The notes under the pieces are model-generated. The model was given only the letters and a program-made list of their open reading frames with translations, was not told where the DNA came from and made no database searches. Both the position numbers and the translations under genes were made by a program. Below, piece by piece: positions 47,070-60,039 of a DNA stretch of 64,000 bases (positions within the stretch are counted from its first letter, which is position 1; each line of letters opens with the position of its first letter). The DNA is from Nemertoderma westbladi (Eukaryota; Animalia; Xenacoelomorpha). The stretch spans positions 1-64,000 of the forward strand of contig JAUCBJ010000270.1 of the NCBI GenBank assembly GCA_032718475.1, given 5' to 3'.

Positions 47070-50000
47070 ATGTCAGAGTCAGATATTGACACTGAACCAT
47101 TTGTTCAACACCCACCGGTCACAGCTGCCCCTCATACTAACATTCCCCCTTCCGTTGACCAGGTTGCACCACCTGTCCCCAGCAAGAAATCTTGGGACAG
47201 GTCCCACATCAGAACTAGACTATTTACAGGAGGGATTGTGGATGATATAAATGTAGATCCACCCATAGTTAGTGTTGTACAAACTGGAGTGAGCTCACCA
47301 TCACTACTAGTAATGAACATATCCCCCATTATGTTCGCCCCCTCACCCAACAGCAATGAGGAATTACACCCCCCGATTGATAACACCCTTTCGCCGAACA
47401 TTACAGATGAAACAATTCCTGTTCACCTGCAAGCAAGACTAGCTTACTTGCTGGAGGAGATCGGCAGTTACCGGGAAAGGGTGGCAACCAGAACTGTAGC
47501 TGCTGAACAGGAGGTTTATGGGGAAGAATTACATCACTTAATAAATCTACATTATGCCCACCCGGAACTTCGTAAGTTCTTCAGGTTCATTGATATGGTG
47601 TGGGCAGACCTATACAAACTAAAGGTTCCCCAGGTTCCATGCGGCACGGAAGAGCTGTCCGCTATAGTTTATGACCATGTAGCTGACTTCAATCGGCATA
47701 TAGGAACCCTCACACATGAGCTACAGACGGTGCAGCCTGACCCTAGGACGAACCCAGCTGCATATTTTAAGGTTAAGGAACTAGTTTGCGGCTAGTTTTA
47801 TCCGCCTTCCGGGAAGTATCTAGTAGACATCAAGATGCGGAGCTCGCTGCCATAGATGGCAGACAGTTAGCGGAAGTGGCAGTAATAGCCGGGAAGGCAC
47901 TCGCCCTTGAAAGGCTACATGGACCGACCATTCCCCCAGGTGTGGACATAGCCTGTTCCGGTACCGTAGCACTGAGCCATCAGCGTACAGACTCAGAGGA
48001 TTCCGGTGAAGGTGAGGACATGGATGCGATATCCCATTATCTGCAGTCTTATATAGCTGTGGTAGGAGAGACCGAACTTCGTAAGAGGTTAAAGGGTTTG
48101 GCCCCATCCAGCCCTGAATCAGCAGCAGTCCTAGATGAGATAGACGCTGAGGGCGATCTGCGGGCACAGATAGAGGGACATAATGCTGTTAAGGAAATAT
48201 TAGAAATGGAATTGCAGTTAAACGCAATCCAGATACGTAATAAAGCCGAACCGCGGGAAAACAAGCGCATGGAAGCTGATATAACTTTACGAAACTAAAT
48301 AGCACTAAAAATATTTAGTGAAAATCAGTGTAAGGAAAGGTCAGGCTCAACCAGAGGACGAGACTGGCCGATTAGAGGGACTTATGCTTTGTCGGTTGAA
48401 GGAAACTCCACCGACGCTAGTGAAAGTGGTAACCACTCTCAACGCTGACGAAAGAGAGCTGTTAGAGTGGCGCTGTCGGACCTGCCTCCATATAATAGGG
48501 ACGGGATACCCCCAAAGCAGACGGATTTAGATCATCTGAGACCACTGGATTCGCGGCCCCCCCTGGGTAGGTTACGGGAGGAAGATGAGCCAAATGATCC
48601 CGGGTTCGAGATCTATATAGATCCGCGGGAATGGAAACCACCTCAGTTGGTTGCAGTCCCATTGCGCGGTACATCAGCCGAGCCGATCAATCCAGCAGTA
48701 GTTCCACACTCGACCATGACAGCAACCCCCTACCGAAATAGAGATGTTGTACCACCAGTAGGGGCACCAATTGTAACTAAAGAAATACCCAATGAAGCCC
48801 CAAACTCCCATATTATCTCTCGTACAGCTTGTCTAGAATGCCCCAGACCTAACTACCTGTCTAGTACCTTGGCCAGGACAAAGGAGAAAAGAATGTCATT
48901 TGGCACTGGAATATCCCCAATCGCCAGCCTGGCAGAAAATCCCAAAGTATCACATACATTACCCCATAGTAACGAAGGAGGAAACAATAATGATTGGACA
49001 TCTAGGGATGAACTAAATCCCTGCTCGACGATATATTACAACCGTCAAAACCAACTGGATGATAGGCACCTGGCGCCCAGATCAGCCCACTTAGCCGCAA
49101 AGGCGTCGGCGCCAGTGGGGACCCGGCATCCAGGACCAGGAATGCTGTTATCATCCGGCAGACGGATATCAGCCCCCCCTGATGGGCAAAGGGAAGCCTA
49201 CCCCAGAAGTGGAGTCAGGTTTGTGCCAGGCATCCCAGGTGAAGTATTTCCCTCCTTGTGGTGACCCTCCTTCACCTTCAGAGGCTTATGCACCCCTGTT
49301 AGACCCCAGCCTACATTCGAACATTCGAACAGACAACATACGAAGTGGGGCTTCTCTTGCGGTCCTCCCAACCCAACCTATTTAATAACAAGATGCTTGC
49401 GCATAAACGCATTTTACAACTGGAAAGGTGTCTCACCGCCAACTCGACAGCTCATTGGTTATATAAGGAGCAAATGACCAAGTTCATAAGCAAGGGATAT
49501 GCGGAACTGGTCCCACCAGACACCCCCAAGACTGACCGGACATACTACCTTACTCACCATTATGTCGAACAGAAAGACAAACCAGGACGTATTAGGGTAG
49601 TGTTCGAAGGTTCAGCTAAGTACCAAGGACAATCCCTAAACTCGGAACTATTACCCGGACCCAACTTGTTGCAGTTTCTACACAGAATATTAATGCACAT
49701 GCGACAATATGCCGTCGCCTTCTCTTCAGACATAGAGGGTATGTTCCTGCAAGTGAAAGCATTAGATATTGACCGGGACAGCATGCGTTTCTTGTGGTGG
49801 ACAGAAGGAGACTTAAATTCTGATCCAGTAGAGTATCGCATGACCATTCAAGCGTTCGGTATCATTTCCAGCCCATCGAACTCATGTTCAGTGCTACATC
49901 GAACAGCTGATGACCATCGGGATGAATTTCCACCATCAGTCACAGATAATATCAAAAGGGATTTTTACATGGACGATAACTTGAAATCAGCCCCGACAGT

Positions 50001-52742
50001 CAAGGAAGCCATAGACATTGCTCAAGGGACAGTAAACTGCCTGAAACTCGGAGGATTTCGCCTGACGAAATTCACTACCAATTCCCACGAGTTTCTAAAG
50101 GCCATACACCCCGCATAGCGTGGCGACACCAAACTAGACCTAAAAAAGGACGACCTGCCAGAGACTAAGATGTTAGGACTTCGTTGGCTAACAGAAAGCG
50201 ATACTATGGTATTCAAAGTCAAGTTGAGAAAGGGCGAAACTCAAACCAAATGCATTTGCCTCAGCATACTTAGCACTTATTTCGACCCTCTCGGATTTAT
50301 CAGTCCAGTTATTTTACTGGCTCGAGATCTCGTTCAGCGAATGTGGAAGGAGAATGATAGTTGGGAAAACCCCTTGACAGGGACACTATTGGAAGACTGG
50401 TGGCGATGGGAACGGTCCTTGCCCGACTTGGAGAAGTTTTCCCTACCCAGAGCATATTTCCCAAATGTAGACTCCCTGCAGACTTACGAACTCCGTGTAT
50501 TCGGTGACGCGAGCAGCAAAGGCGTCGGGATTGTAGCTTACTTTAGATGCGAAACCCCGGACAGTATCACAGTAGCTTTAGTTGCCTCGAAGGCCCTTAT
50601 AAGGCCAATAGCTAAAACCAAAGACACTTTGACTATAACCAGAGCTGAGCTTTAGGCAGCCATATACACTACCATCATTGCCAAGAACGTGTTGGCGCAG
50701 ACATGCTATACGGTAGTACAGTAGTAAGGACAGTTTACTGGACAGATGCTGCGTTAGTTTTAGAATATTTGACTAACATGGCATGCCAGTTCAGCTTGTA
50801 TGTGACAAACCATGTAGCGCAGATCCTAAAGGACACGGACATCAAACAGTGGAGACATTGCTCTGGATTGTTAAATCCAGCCGACATTGCTTCTCATGGC
50901 GCTACCCCTCAGGAACTGATAGATACTAAGTGTTGGTTGCAAGGACCTGCCTTTTTGCAAGGCCCCGAAGGTAGTTGGCCCCAAAATTTAACGCCTGCAG
51001 AGATAAGGCAGCAAGTGAAGGGCACGGAAATCGCTAAGTCTAAGAACATGGCGTCCAAATCGAAGCTATTCAAAAACATCTACATATCTTCACTACATGT
51101 GCGCGAGAGTGTGAGCCCACAGAGCACCCCAGATAGTGAAGCCCTCATTATCCTCTCCTTTCCAGTCTTGACTGACGGCCTTTCACCGCTCATTAGCAGG
51201 GCCATGAATCACTATAGTTCCTGGCACAAACTTTGTCATGCCGTTACCATACTGAAGCGTTATGTGTACTACTGCTGTAATAAAAACAAAATCACACAAG
51301 GTAAATTATTGGAGCACGAAGTAGACTATACCAACAGGCAGCTACTCCAACTATCCCAAATGAAAGAAAAGGCTCCAACGTACGAATACCACCTCAAGCA
51401 CCCCGCTACGCAGTCAAACGATAAATTATCCAGTGTGATGTTCGACGGCCTAATCAGAGTGGGAACTAGACTCACAAACGCTCCCCTTTCCCACGACACG
51501 ATATTTCCCATTATTATCTACGATCCCACCATACAATGAAAGATAATACAGGATGTACACAATCAGTTGTTGCACGCCGGGAGGGAACACATACTTAGTG
51601 AAGTACGCACTAGGTATTACTTTGTATAACCCAGGAAAGCCTTAAATAAGGTTCTGCGCAGCTGTTTACCCTGTATGAAACTGTATTGCCAACCCATGAC
51701 TCAGTTAGAAGCTCCCTTACCTAAGGAACGCGTTAGCTGCTACGAGCCCCCCTTTACACATACGGGTGTAGACTTATTTGGGCCGATAGAGGTCAAGAGG
51801 GCTTGAACCATGGTTAAAAGATGGTGCGTTATCTTCGTCCGCATGACATGCCATGCCATACAGCTGGACATGGTTAATGACATCTCCATGAATAGCTTTA
51901 TCCTGTGCTTATGTAGACAAATCAGTTGATACGGCACCAGCAATACAATGAAGTCAGATAAAGGGACTAACTTTATAGGGGCAAACAACGAGATAACACG
52001 CTCTATAGAACAGTGGAACCAGGATCAAGTTGATGAACTGTTGAAGGTTTCTGCTTCCAGCTGGACCTTTAATGCCACAAATGTACCCTGGTGGGGCGGG
52101 AGCTGGGAAAGATTAATTCGTAGCATGAAGGTAGCTTTCCATCACATACTACCCTGCAAGGCTTACCTAACAGACGAGATACTCCGTACTATCTTAGCGG
52201 AAGTCACTGCTTACCTGAATAGTCAACCCCTCATGCCCGTTTCAGCCAGCCCCAAAGCGCTAGAGGTCTTCACACCAGCCCACTTTCTGATGAAAAAGAA
52301 AGTAGTGTTGTTACCAGTCTCGACACCCGAGGATGGTGACGAGTTATTGCGACAGACCTGGAAGATGACTCAACTGCTGTTGAGCCGATTCGCAAACCAC
52401 TTTGAGCGATTTTATCTTCCCATCATATAACTCAGGAACAAATGGTTTTCCGTGAAAGAAGATGCCAGAGTAGGAGACATGGTATTAGTAGTGGATCCTG
52501 ATCTCCCGCGGAAATATTGGCAGACAGCACGCATAGTAGAAACACACGTCAGCGCGGATGGCCTGGTAAGATCAGTGGATCTAGTAGTGCTGAGGGAAAA
52601 GGGTAAGCTAAACTTCGTCCCCCAGAGACTCAACCGTCCTATAGGCCGCCCCTGCCTGCTAGAAATGGCACACGAGGAATCTGGCAACTACGGCAAGCAA
52701 GAACTCAAGCCAACAGACTTGACATATTTTTTATTGGAATAG
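47070..52742 (+). pseudogene. Degenerate BEL/Pao gag-pol of element D (many stops; Gag core and protease deleted near 49330)
   Basis: Fragments closely parallel B: DAISHYLQSY, FYMDD, VFGDAS, SDKGTNF, WWGGSWERL, ESGNYGKQE. Confidence 0.92.
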
Positions 52743-52924
52743 TTAACTCCCTTGGAACGTTTGAGTGCGCCGCATATCACACTCAAGCGGGGGAACGGGT
52801 TATGTTGCGTCGTTAACCACTGACCCCATACGTTTTTTAAAAAATATGCCATATATTCAGCTTGACAGGGATAACATAATTCATTCTCACATTGCTTTCG
52901 TCCCCAAATAACAATAGGACTATG

Positions 52925-53230
52925 GGATGTTTCATGATAAGTCGTTTTATACATGGTGCATGAAACTTGATCTCAGTTCTAGAACATTCTAGAATACTAT
53001 TAAGAAAAGTGGGAGGTTTCATGATAAGTCGTTATACACACAACGCATGAAACCTGAACCCAACTCTTGATAACATGTTGTGATAAGTCATTATTAAACA
53101 TGACGCGCAGCCAACCAAAACCCTTAATAATTGTATGATAACGGTGATTATACAAACAAAATTATAATAAACTACACTAGTCATGATAAGTCATTATTAA
53201 ACATGACGCATGACAATAACAAACCTTGGT
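52925..53230. repeat. Degenerate tandem repeats in the 3' noncoding region of D
   Basis: Recurring tgataagtc...acat...gcatg units at about 52930, 53020, 53080 and 53180. Confidence 0.7.
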
Positions 53231-54327
53231 CTTGCTGTATTATTACGGCCCAATAACACTTGAATGCAGAGTCTTAATTACTACTCCCGCTTCTTGTCAA
53301 TTGCCAGAGTACAGTAAGAGATGTCAATTATCAGTTGGCTTGAAACTTCAAGAACCAATATAGTTTGATATTGATTAATACGATATCATATTCATATAAA
53401 TCCATTCAAGTCACTGTAATAATGAGTATTACGGGAACGGTCGTGGTCCACTTAGTGGCTCTTTCCCAAGGGATGAGTAAACCTAGTTTAAGTCACTGGA
53501 TCGCGTAAATCTATATTTATATTATTCATTAATAGTTTAATACAACCAACCCTTTAATCACGACATTAATACAACAATAGTATAAACACCAATACTATAC
53601 ATACAAACACCACAACCAAGTAAATAAATTAAATAATACAACCAACAAAGACATAATAATATCACAGTAGACCCAGATCTGTGTGAATGAGCAATACCCT
53701 ATTCTATCGCTATATTTACCGAATGTTGATCCTTGATAAATTAATAGGTAATTTAAAACGAATAAAATTGGGACGCTGGTGTGTCACTCGCGCCACCCTT
53801 TTATTAAATTTCTAGAGTTTTATCGTATATTTTACCTAACATTAATACCCTTAAATTTATTTAATGAGTATCCATGGAAATTAAAAATATCAACATTCAG
53901 GAAATAGTAAGTTTGAAACGGACATTAATGCGTGTTGTGGCATTGGATGTGTTAGTTTGCATGATACTACAAATAACAGCCATCCTCGGTGTGTTTACTG
54001 TAGCAAACCGAAACTCTATTGCAGACTAATTTCAGTCGCACTACAATAGTCGATATCCCGACGAATAGCACTCGGAGAGACTGGCCTCGAGCTTTTCCTC
54101 CGCGTTAGACGCTTCGTCTTCCACCCGTTCTACCACACCTGTTGGATAGGGAATAGGCGTAGTGGCGTTAACGTGGCCAGGGGCAGCTCGGGTCCGTGTT
54201 GGGCTGGGGATAAAGGGCGGCTTGCCACTGCCAGCCTTATATGAACTCAAATAACTATAATAATTATCGACTCATTGGTTTACTTCTGCTCGATTATTAA
54301 TATATTTACTCATTTTCAATAACAATA

Positions 54328-57300
54328 ATGGATACTTCTAAAGACGATTCAATAGACAATATCAATATGCAGCGACAACAACTTACAGAGGAATATCACC
54401 GAGGTATGAGAGAGATGATGGATGATCTGTTGACACCCGGAGCACCACAACAGTATACGGAGCCGCTAATGTCCCCCGTAGAGGTATCAGAACGACTTCA
54501 TTATCACACTTTCATGAACAGATACACCAATATCGACGGATCATACAAGCCATTCATTATATCCAGACATCCAAGCGACCTCATATACTCCGAAGACGTT
54601 CATGAGCAACAAGATATGTAAATGTGGCGCTATCATGTACGAAAACAATGAGAGAATACCGCCCAGATGGATAAGGAAGATGCGATTTGGGAGGCCATAT
54701 CAGCAAATGATGCGGACGCTAGTGACAACGCGGCTAGATTTGAGGATTTAATTACATTCCTCAGAGAAACGTATTTGAACATGGCGGCAGCCCAAAACCT
54801 GCAAACTCATTACCCCAAGGGCATCCATCCCAATCCATTATATTATGGTGTTACTGTGAGGACTGTCCACACCCTAACCAACAAGTAAACCATGATGACC
54901 ATGCACGATGGGGCCGACCGGTTAATCACCCCCATGAACGTTGCCCTAAACACAGTTAGGTAGGTTAGATGGGTTAGGTTAGGTTAGTATGGAGGATAAG
55001 AGCGCGATCTATTCAGCGTAGATGAACGAGCCTTAAAGAAAATGGAGCGTTTACCCATTGACGTCCTACAATTCTCAGTCCGACTTCCGGCTCCAAAAGT
55101 TCAACCATCTCCAGTGCTTCCCCAGGATTTCGGCCCTTTAGATGAAGATTACTCAGAATACTGAGATATGATCCTACCGGAACAGCTGTTCCCTCAAGAG
55201 GAACCAGTGATAACCCCCTTAGTTCCACCTGGACTCGGAAGAGGAGTTGGGACATCCCGAGCCGTGACGAAAGGTGAACTGTTGACACCAGGTGTAGTCA
55301 TACCCCCCCCCCCCCCCCACGATGAAACCACGCTGATAATGTCGTCTAGTTTAGCCGTTATCCATGCACATCTATCCACGACTCCATCCGGTACCTTGTT
55401 AACAGAACTCGCTTTGTTGGAGGCCAGGGACAACACTGCGTTCCAACCAGAAATTAATACATTGAGAGCTCGTATGCTGAAGGAGACCTACAATCCTTCT
55501 CAGATTTCCTCTCAAATCTCCAGGCTGAGGCAAGAGAGAAAGAATGATGTGAGGAAGAAGCGATAGCATTAGAGGATGCGGACCTCACCATCTACCGCCA
55601 ACCTTATGTCCAATCGTTGATGGAAGGTTTTCAACCTAAACGTTACGTTTATCCTTCCTTGCAGCACAAGGTCTTTGTGCATCTTCGGCAAGCGCGCTGA
55701 AACCACTTGTGCTATCACCGATGTTCCGATGCTAAAGACGCCTACCTTGGAACTGTTATGTGTAGATGGTGAATTAGTTCCCCCTTTTCGCACTCAAGCC
55801 GATGTAATTCGGCAAAGGGTCCACAGAATAAATGTAGCTCGTCGTCCTTTGCATTATCCCTTCTACAGAATTAAAGACCATCCTTGGTTTGTGATGCTTA
55901 AACAACACTACGTCATACAACCAGAACACCCTGGATGGGATATGCGATTCTTACCATTTGTGAACCCCTTGGACCTCATAGAAATGGAGGCTTTGCATCA
56001 ACATTTGGATTATTTGGTGAAATTAAACTCATATTAAAAAACCTCATAACAAAGTAACAATAGAAGCCAGTTCACGTCCACCTTTTAACTTGGAGACATT
56101 TATGGATTACCGTCGCCTCGTACACTGGAACTTAGATATAACTTTCCTGGAGGATGATTTGAAATATATCGAACCAAATGCAAATACTAATGAGATGCAT
56201 AGCTATGAATCCATAAGAATAGCACGTGGAGAACCTGGTTTGTTGGATACTCTATGGAAACCAGTAGAACTGACCACCGAAGTAGCTAATGCTGAACAGT
56301 TGCATACAGTCAATGCTATTCATAGCTACGGCGTTATTATTTATGACAATGAAGGCTCAGTGCCAGATCATGAGCTCGGTTCAACTCGGTTGATTCATAT
56401 CCGCGGCCTCACTGGAGCCACACACGTTTTTACGCGTACTTGTCGTGGTACCAACAGCGTTTTCCCAGCCTTGACCACCTATCAATGCCGTTCGAGACAT
56501 CAACAGTTTGTTAAAGCAGAGGCTTACGTCAACGACACAAATCGACACCCGGCCATGGGAATAGACGCAGCTTTATACCCACAACCCGTACTGGACATTC
56601 TCTTAGACAAATCCATTTATAAACAAGGTTCAGCCATATATCGGGATTTGACAGACGATTTCCCTATCATCCACGACATATTATATCCCTTTGTCGACAC
56701 CCAAGTCATCCTTCATTGGGCGCAATCCCACGGCTTCTTCCGGGTCATGTATCGACGTAAAGCTAACGATACATATAGCAGAGTTGACCGTACGTCCTCT
56801 GGCCACATCGCGTTTCAAGAGTATGGCTGGAATTTCAAAGGGACCGATCGCGAGACGTATTCCAAGGTTTATGGTGATTCATATTCGCCTTATTACTTTC
56901 AAGGATCATTCACCGCCCCTGGTGCTGAATATAGCTTCATGAGCGTCCCTTTGTGCCCCTCATTAGCGATATACTTCATATTCGAAAACCAATCGTTATC
57001 AGGATGGCTTGCGGATGTCTGTAGCCATACGTTGAGAGCACGCCCGTTGTTGTTGGGAACACAACTTGCCAAACTCAATGAACTTGGTAAATTCCTGAAC
57101 TTCGAATGCTGTCGGCGTTTCCTGACGCCCTTTGCCAACATTGACAGTCAGTTTCACGTGAAGTTACTGTCTCAGCAAGAGTTGCGTTGCTCCGCAGCGG
57201 ATGAGCTAGCCAGCGGCGGCTTTGCCATATTCTGAGATGTATGTATTTCCAATCTACATCAATTGGTGATTGAGAGACCCATTATCAAACCTGGTTTCTT

Positions 57301-57934
57301 TGTTGGACAAATACAGACTGACGTTATGGACGCCCCTGACCAAGCGGAGGAACCAATCCATCGAGAAGCGACCTCAGTAGCTACTACTGTCATGCCCACC
57401 CCCGACAATGAGTTCGCCTTAATCGACTGGTATCGCTGGACCGAGCTGCTCACATTTCGAGGTTTCCATTGTGGTCTTCGCACACACAAGGCTCCCACCC
57501 AACCTGGAGTTCTTTGTGAGTGCCTCACCGATAGTCTATCGATCATCTATTGTCCTTACTGTCGCATTAACGACGATCACATCTTCTTCACCTGTCTAGC
57601 CTTTGCCACCCAGTGTGAGCGTTGCCAACTCAAGGGACACAGTAGTCCAAACTGCCCCTTTGGCCCCGACATCGAGGTAGAAGATAAAACAAGTGTCACC
57701 CGATATATTCGATCGTTGGAAGGATGCACAGATCTCAACGTGATCACCACGTCCCGATACGCCGCAGCAGAAGCTCACCTCGGAGTAGAGGCGGTTGCCC
57801 CCTTCACCTGCGCAACATATGTTCGGCTTGCTTGGCTACCGAGTTACGAGCTCCTCAACCGTGTAGCTTCCTTCCTTCCTTCGCGAGATACACCCAGAGC
57901 GCGCGACGTCCCACGATATAATAAAGTTTATTAG
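54328..57934 (+). pseudogene. Accessory ORF2 of element D (about 1200 codons): unknown N-terminus, WRN-like DEDDy 3'-5' exonuclease, two Cys/His knuckles
   Basis: ORFs at 54328, 54667, 55168 and 55675 share one frame; those at 56090 and 57263 share the next. Motifs IIYDNEG, PQPVLDILLDKSIYKQGSAIYRD, FVDTQ, PLCPSLAIYFIFE; knuckles CPYC-x5-H-x4-C and CERC-x4-H-x4-C. Confidence 0.65.
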
Positions 57935-58229
57935 TGACTCTACATTTTATGGTCCACAGTTCCTGGAAGGACATCCCGAGCTGCTCCCACAGCATCGAGT
58001 TTTTAGCGAACACGTTCAACGTGAAAGACCAGTTCTCCACACTGTGCCTCCGAGAATTTTCCTCGGCAAGCAACAACCGTTTGGTGTCGTTACCCAAACC
58101 GTCCCCTCCGGACCAGTGCAGGCTGCTATGCGGAAGCGCTTAGCTGCTCCTCCGGAATTAGAGATCCGTTGACCAGCTGTCGACTCAGGCGCAGCGGACC
58201 TGCGGCTGCAGCTTGCCAGGTCGTCTTAT

Positions 58230-58500
58230 TAGGTCATGCTTCCATTAACATTGCAAGTCATTTATTCAGTCTTATAGCATTTATGTGCAATATGTCATTC
58301 GCAAAGTATGTGTCTGTGACTGTAGTTGCCGGATATCTGCTGCTTGTAGCACGCTGGCATAGTATTCTTATTGCATGCACGCTGCATTGGGTAGGCCAAT
58401 TGTGGATTGCGTGGTGGTGGCTAAAGTCCAAAAGTATTTTTTTGCAATCTCAATGTGCAACTTCAATGTAGCAGGTCGATTATGATTTAATAGTGTAGTG
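58230..58500 (+). mobile_element. RTE-related 3' tail fragment at the broken end of element D
   Basis: cacgctgcattggg...ccaattgtggattgc...gcaggtcgattat is shared with 20574-20680. Confidence 0.6.
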
Positions 58501-58507
58501 TGAGATA

Positions 58508-58740
58508 TTATCTAATTGTGGCCGTCCTTATTGCGAAATCCAATACAATTTTACGAATTGTGCCAATTTGGAATGGTGCCAATGTGTAATCTTCCAGTAC
58601 GCCAACCAAGATTGATAAGAACTCAGATTCACCATTTGGTGAGAGCACCTGAGCATCTGTGTTACAATATAATAATCCAATGGTAGCAATGATTACTTCT
58701 GGTATTCTATAAGCTCTATTTTGTAGCATTATGTCTCTTT
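58508..58740 (-). mobile_element. RTE LINE reverse transcriptase fragment
   Basis: AYRIPEVIIATI...GVLEDYTLAPF parallels LYGIPDEIIAAI...GVLQGDTLAPF in the LINE at 63394-63981. Confidence 0.8.
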
Positions 58741-59641
58741 GGATATAGCATCGAATAAGCATGTTTATAATTTTCGCTTGGCTTAATACAAATTTGACTC
58801 CTTAAAATGAGAGGGTGTGGGAGGAGGGGTGGTGGGGCTCTTAAATGCAACAGGGGCAGCGTATTTAAATGAACTAGAACTGATTTTAAGTAATATCGTG
58901 TGTCCGACAATCTATATAGTTGTTGTGTTCTTGTCTAGTTGAAGTCAAGGTTCAGCATTTCTAAAATTTACGAAGGGTTCGAGACCATTGAGGCAAATAT
59001 ACTCATTGCTGAAGGTTACCGGCAGCCAACGAAGAACGCGTAATTTTGGCTTTATGTGAGAAGAAATAGGTTGACAGGATATGCCGCGAACGCAACTACA
59101 GTATCTACAGTAGTACGAGTATCGGTCTGTGAAACACAGTGGGTAGCAACCAACACGGAAGGATTGTGATATATTGAACCGGCCATGATCGAAGTTAAAA
59201 CACAACTTTATGTTATTACAATTTTCTCTAATTTCATAATTTAACTAACTATTTACAAATATACTGTAGTGTGTATCTACTACTAGTGTGTACTGTACGT
59301 ATTGTACAGAATGTATGTACAATGTAGCCAAAATGGACATAATTTATGAGCGAAATCAAACTATACTTCCCTACTTAGAAGGGACCTAAAGCGACAAACC
59401 CGTACCAGCTGGATCCATATTAATGGATCCATATTTATCTACTATGGTTACGCTTATTTAATATTCCAGAATTCAAATCTATAATTAAGCGAAATGCGCA
59501 AAACCTTTTTTATTACTTTTTAGCGAAATTATTTATTTAAAGCCGATCAGGAAATAACTACATGTAACCCGTCGATATTTTTATTATAAAAGTTACGTCT
59601 GTGTTGGAAACTAATTTAATAATATTGGTTCTAGTTTGACT

Positions 59642-60039
59642 ATGGCAGATCCCAGGTCCCAGGAAAGTAGTGTCGGAAATAATTCATCTTCAAAGCCAAC
59701 TCCAAAAAATAAACCCGGAGTAACAGTTAAAGGCGAAAAAAAACCCGGTATAACCGTTAAGAAAGGGTATGATATGACACACCTCGAGGTCTGGAAACGT
59801 TTTATCGAAAAAAACGGAGTGCTTGTTGTTTGCGGTATAGTGTTGGGCATCGTGACGATAACAGGTGCCGTTGTGTGGAATATAGAGATTTCGCAGCATG
59901 CAAAGTCCATATGGTATGCCGTCCTGATCTGTGTTGAAAATCTCGGAACGGCGGTTCTATTCATAAAAAACAGCTCCCATGCAAAAAAAGATGCAAAAAA
60001 TGAGGAAACGCGTACGGAAGAAAAAGAAAGTGAATTCAG
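59642..60039 (+). CDS. Host gene 2, coding exon 1 (paralog of gene 1; exon 2 not found in the window)
   Basis: ATG at 59642, two TM helices, phase-2 donor AG|GTAGGC after an F-R codon pair exactly as in gene 1. Confidence 0.72.

Noticed and set aside
54328-57934. Envelope gene
   Set aside because: No signal peptide or C-terminal transmembrane anchor is visible; the motifs fit an exonuclease and zinc knuckles.
58920-59210. Possible coding remnant upstream of gene 2
   Set aside because: The plus-strand frames I read contain stops, and I recognised no motif in them or in the listed 86-aa minus-strand ORF (58945-59205).
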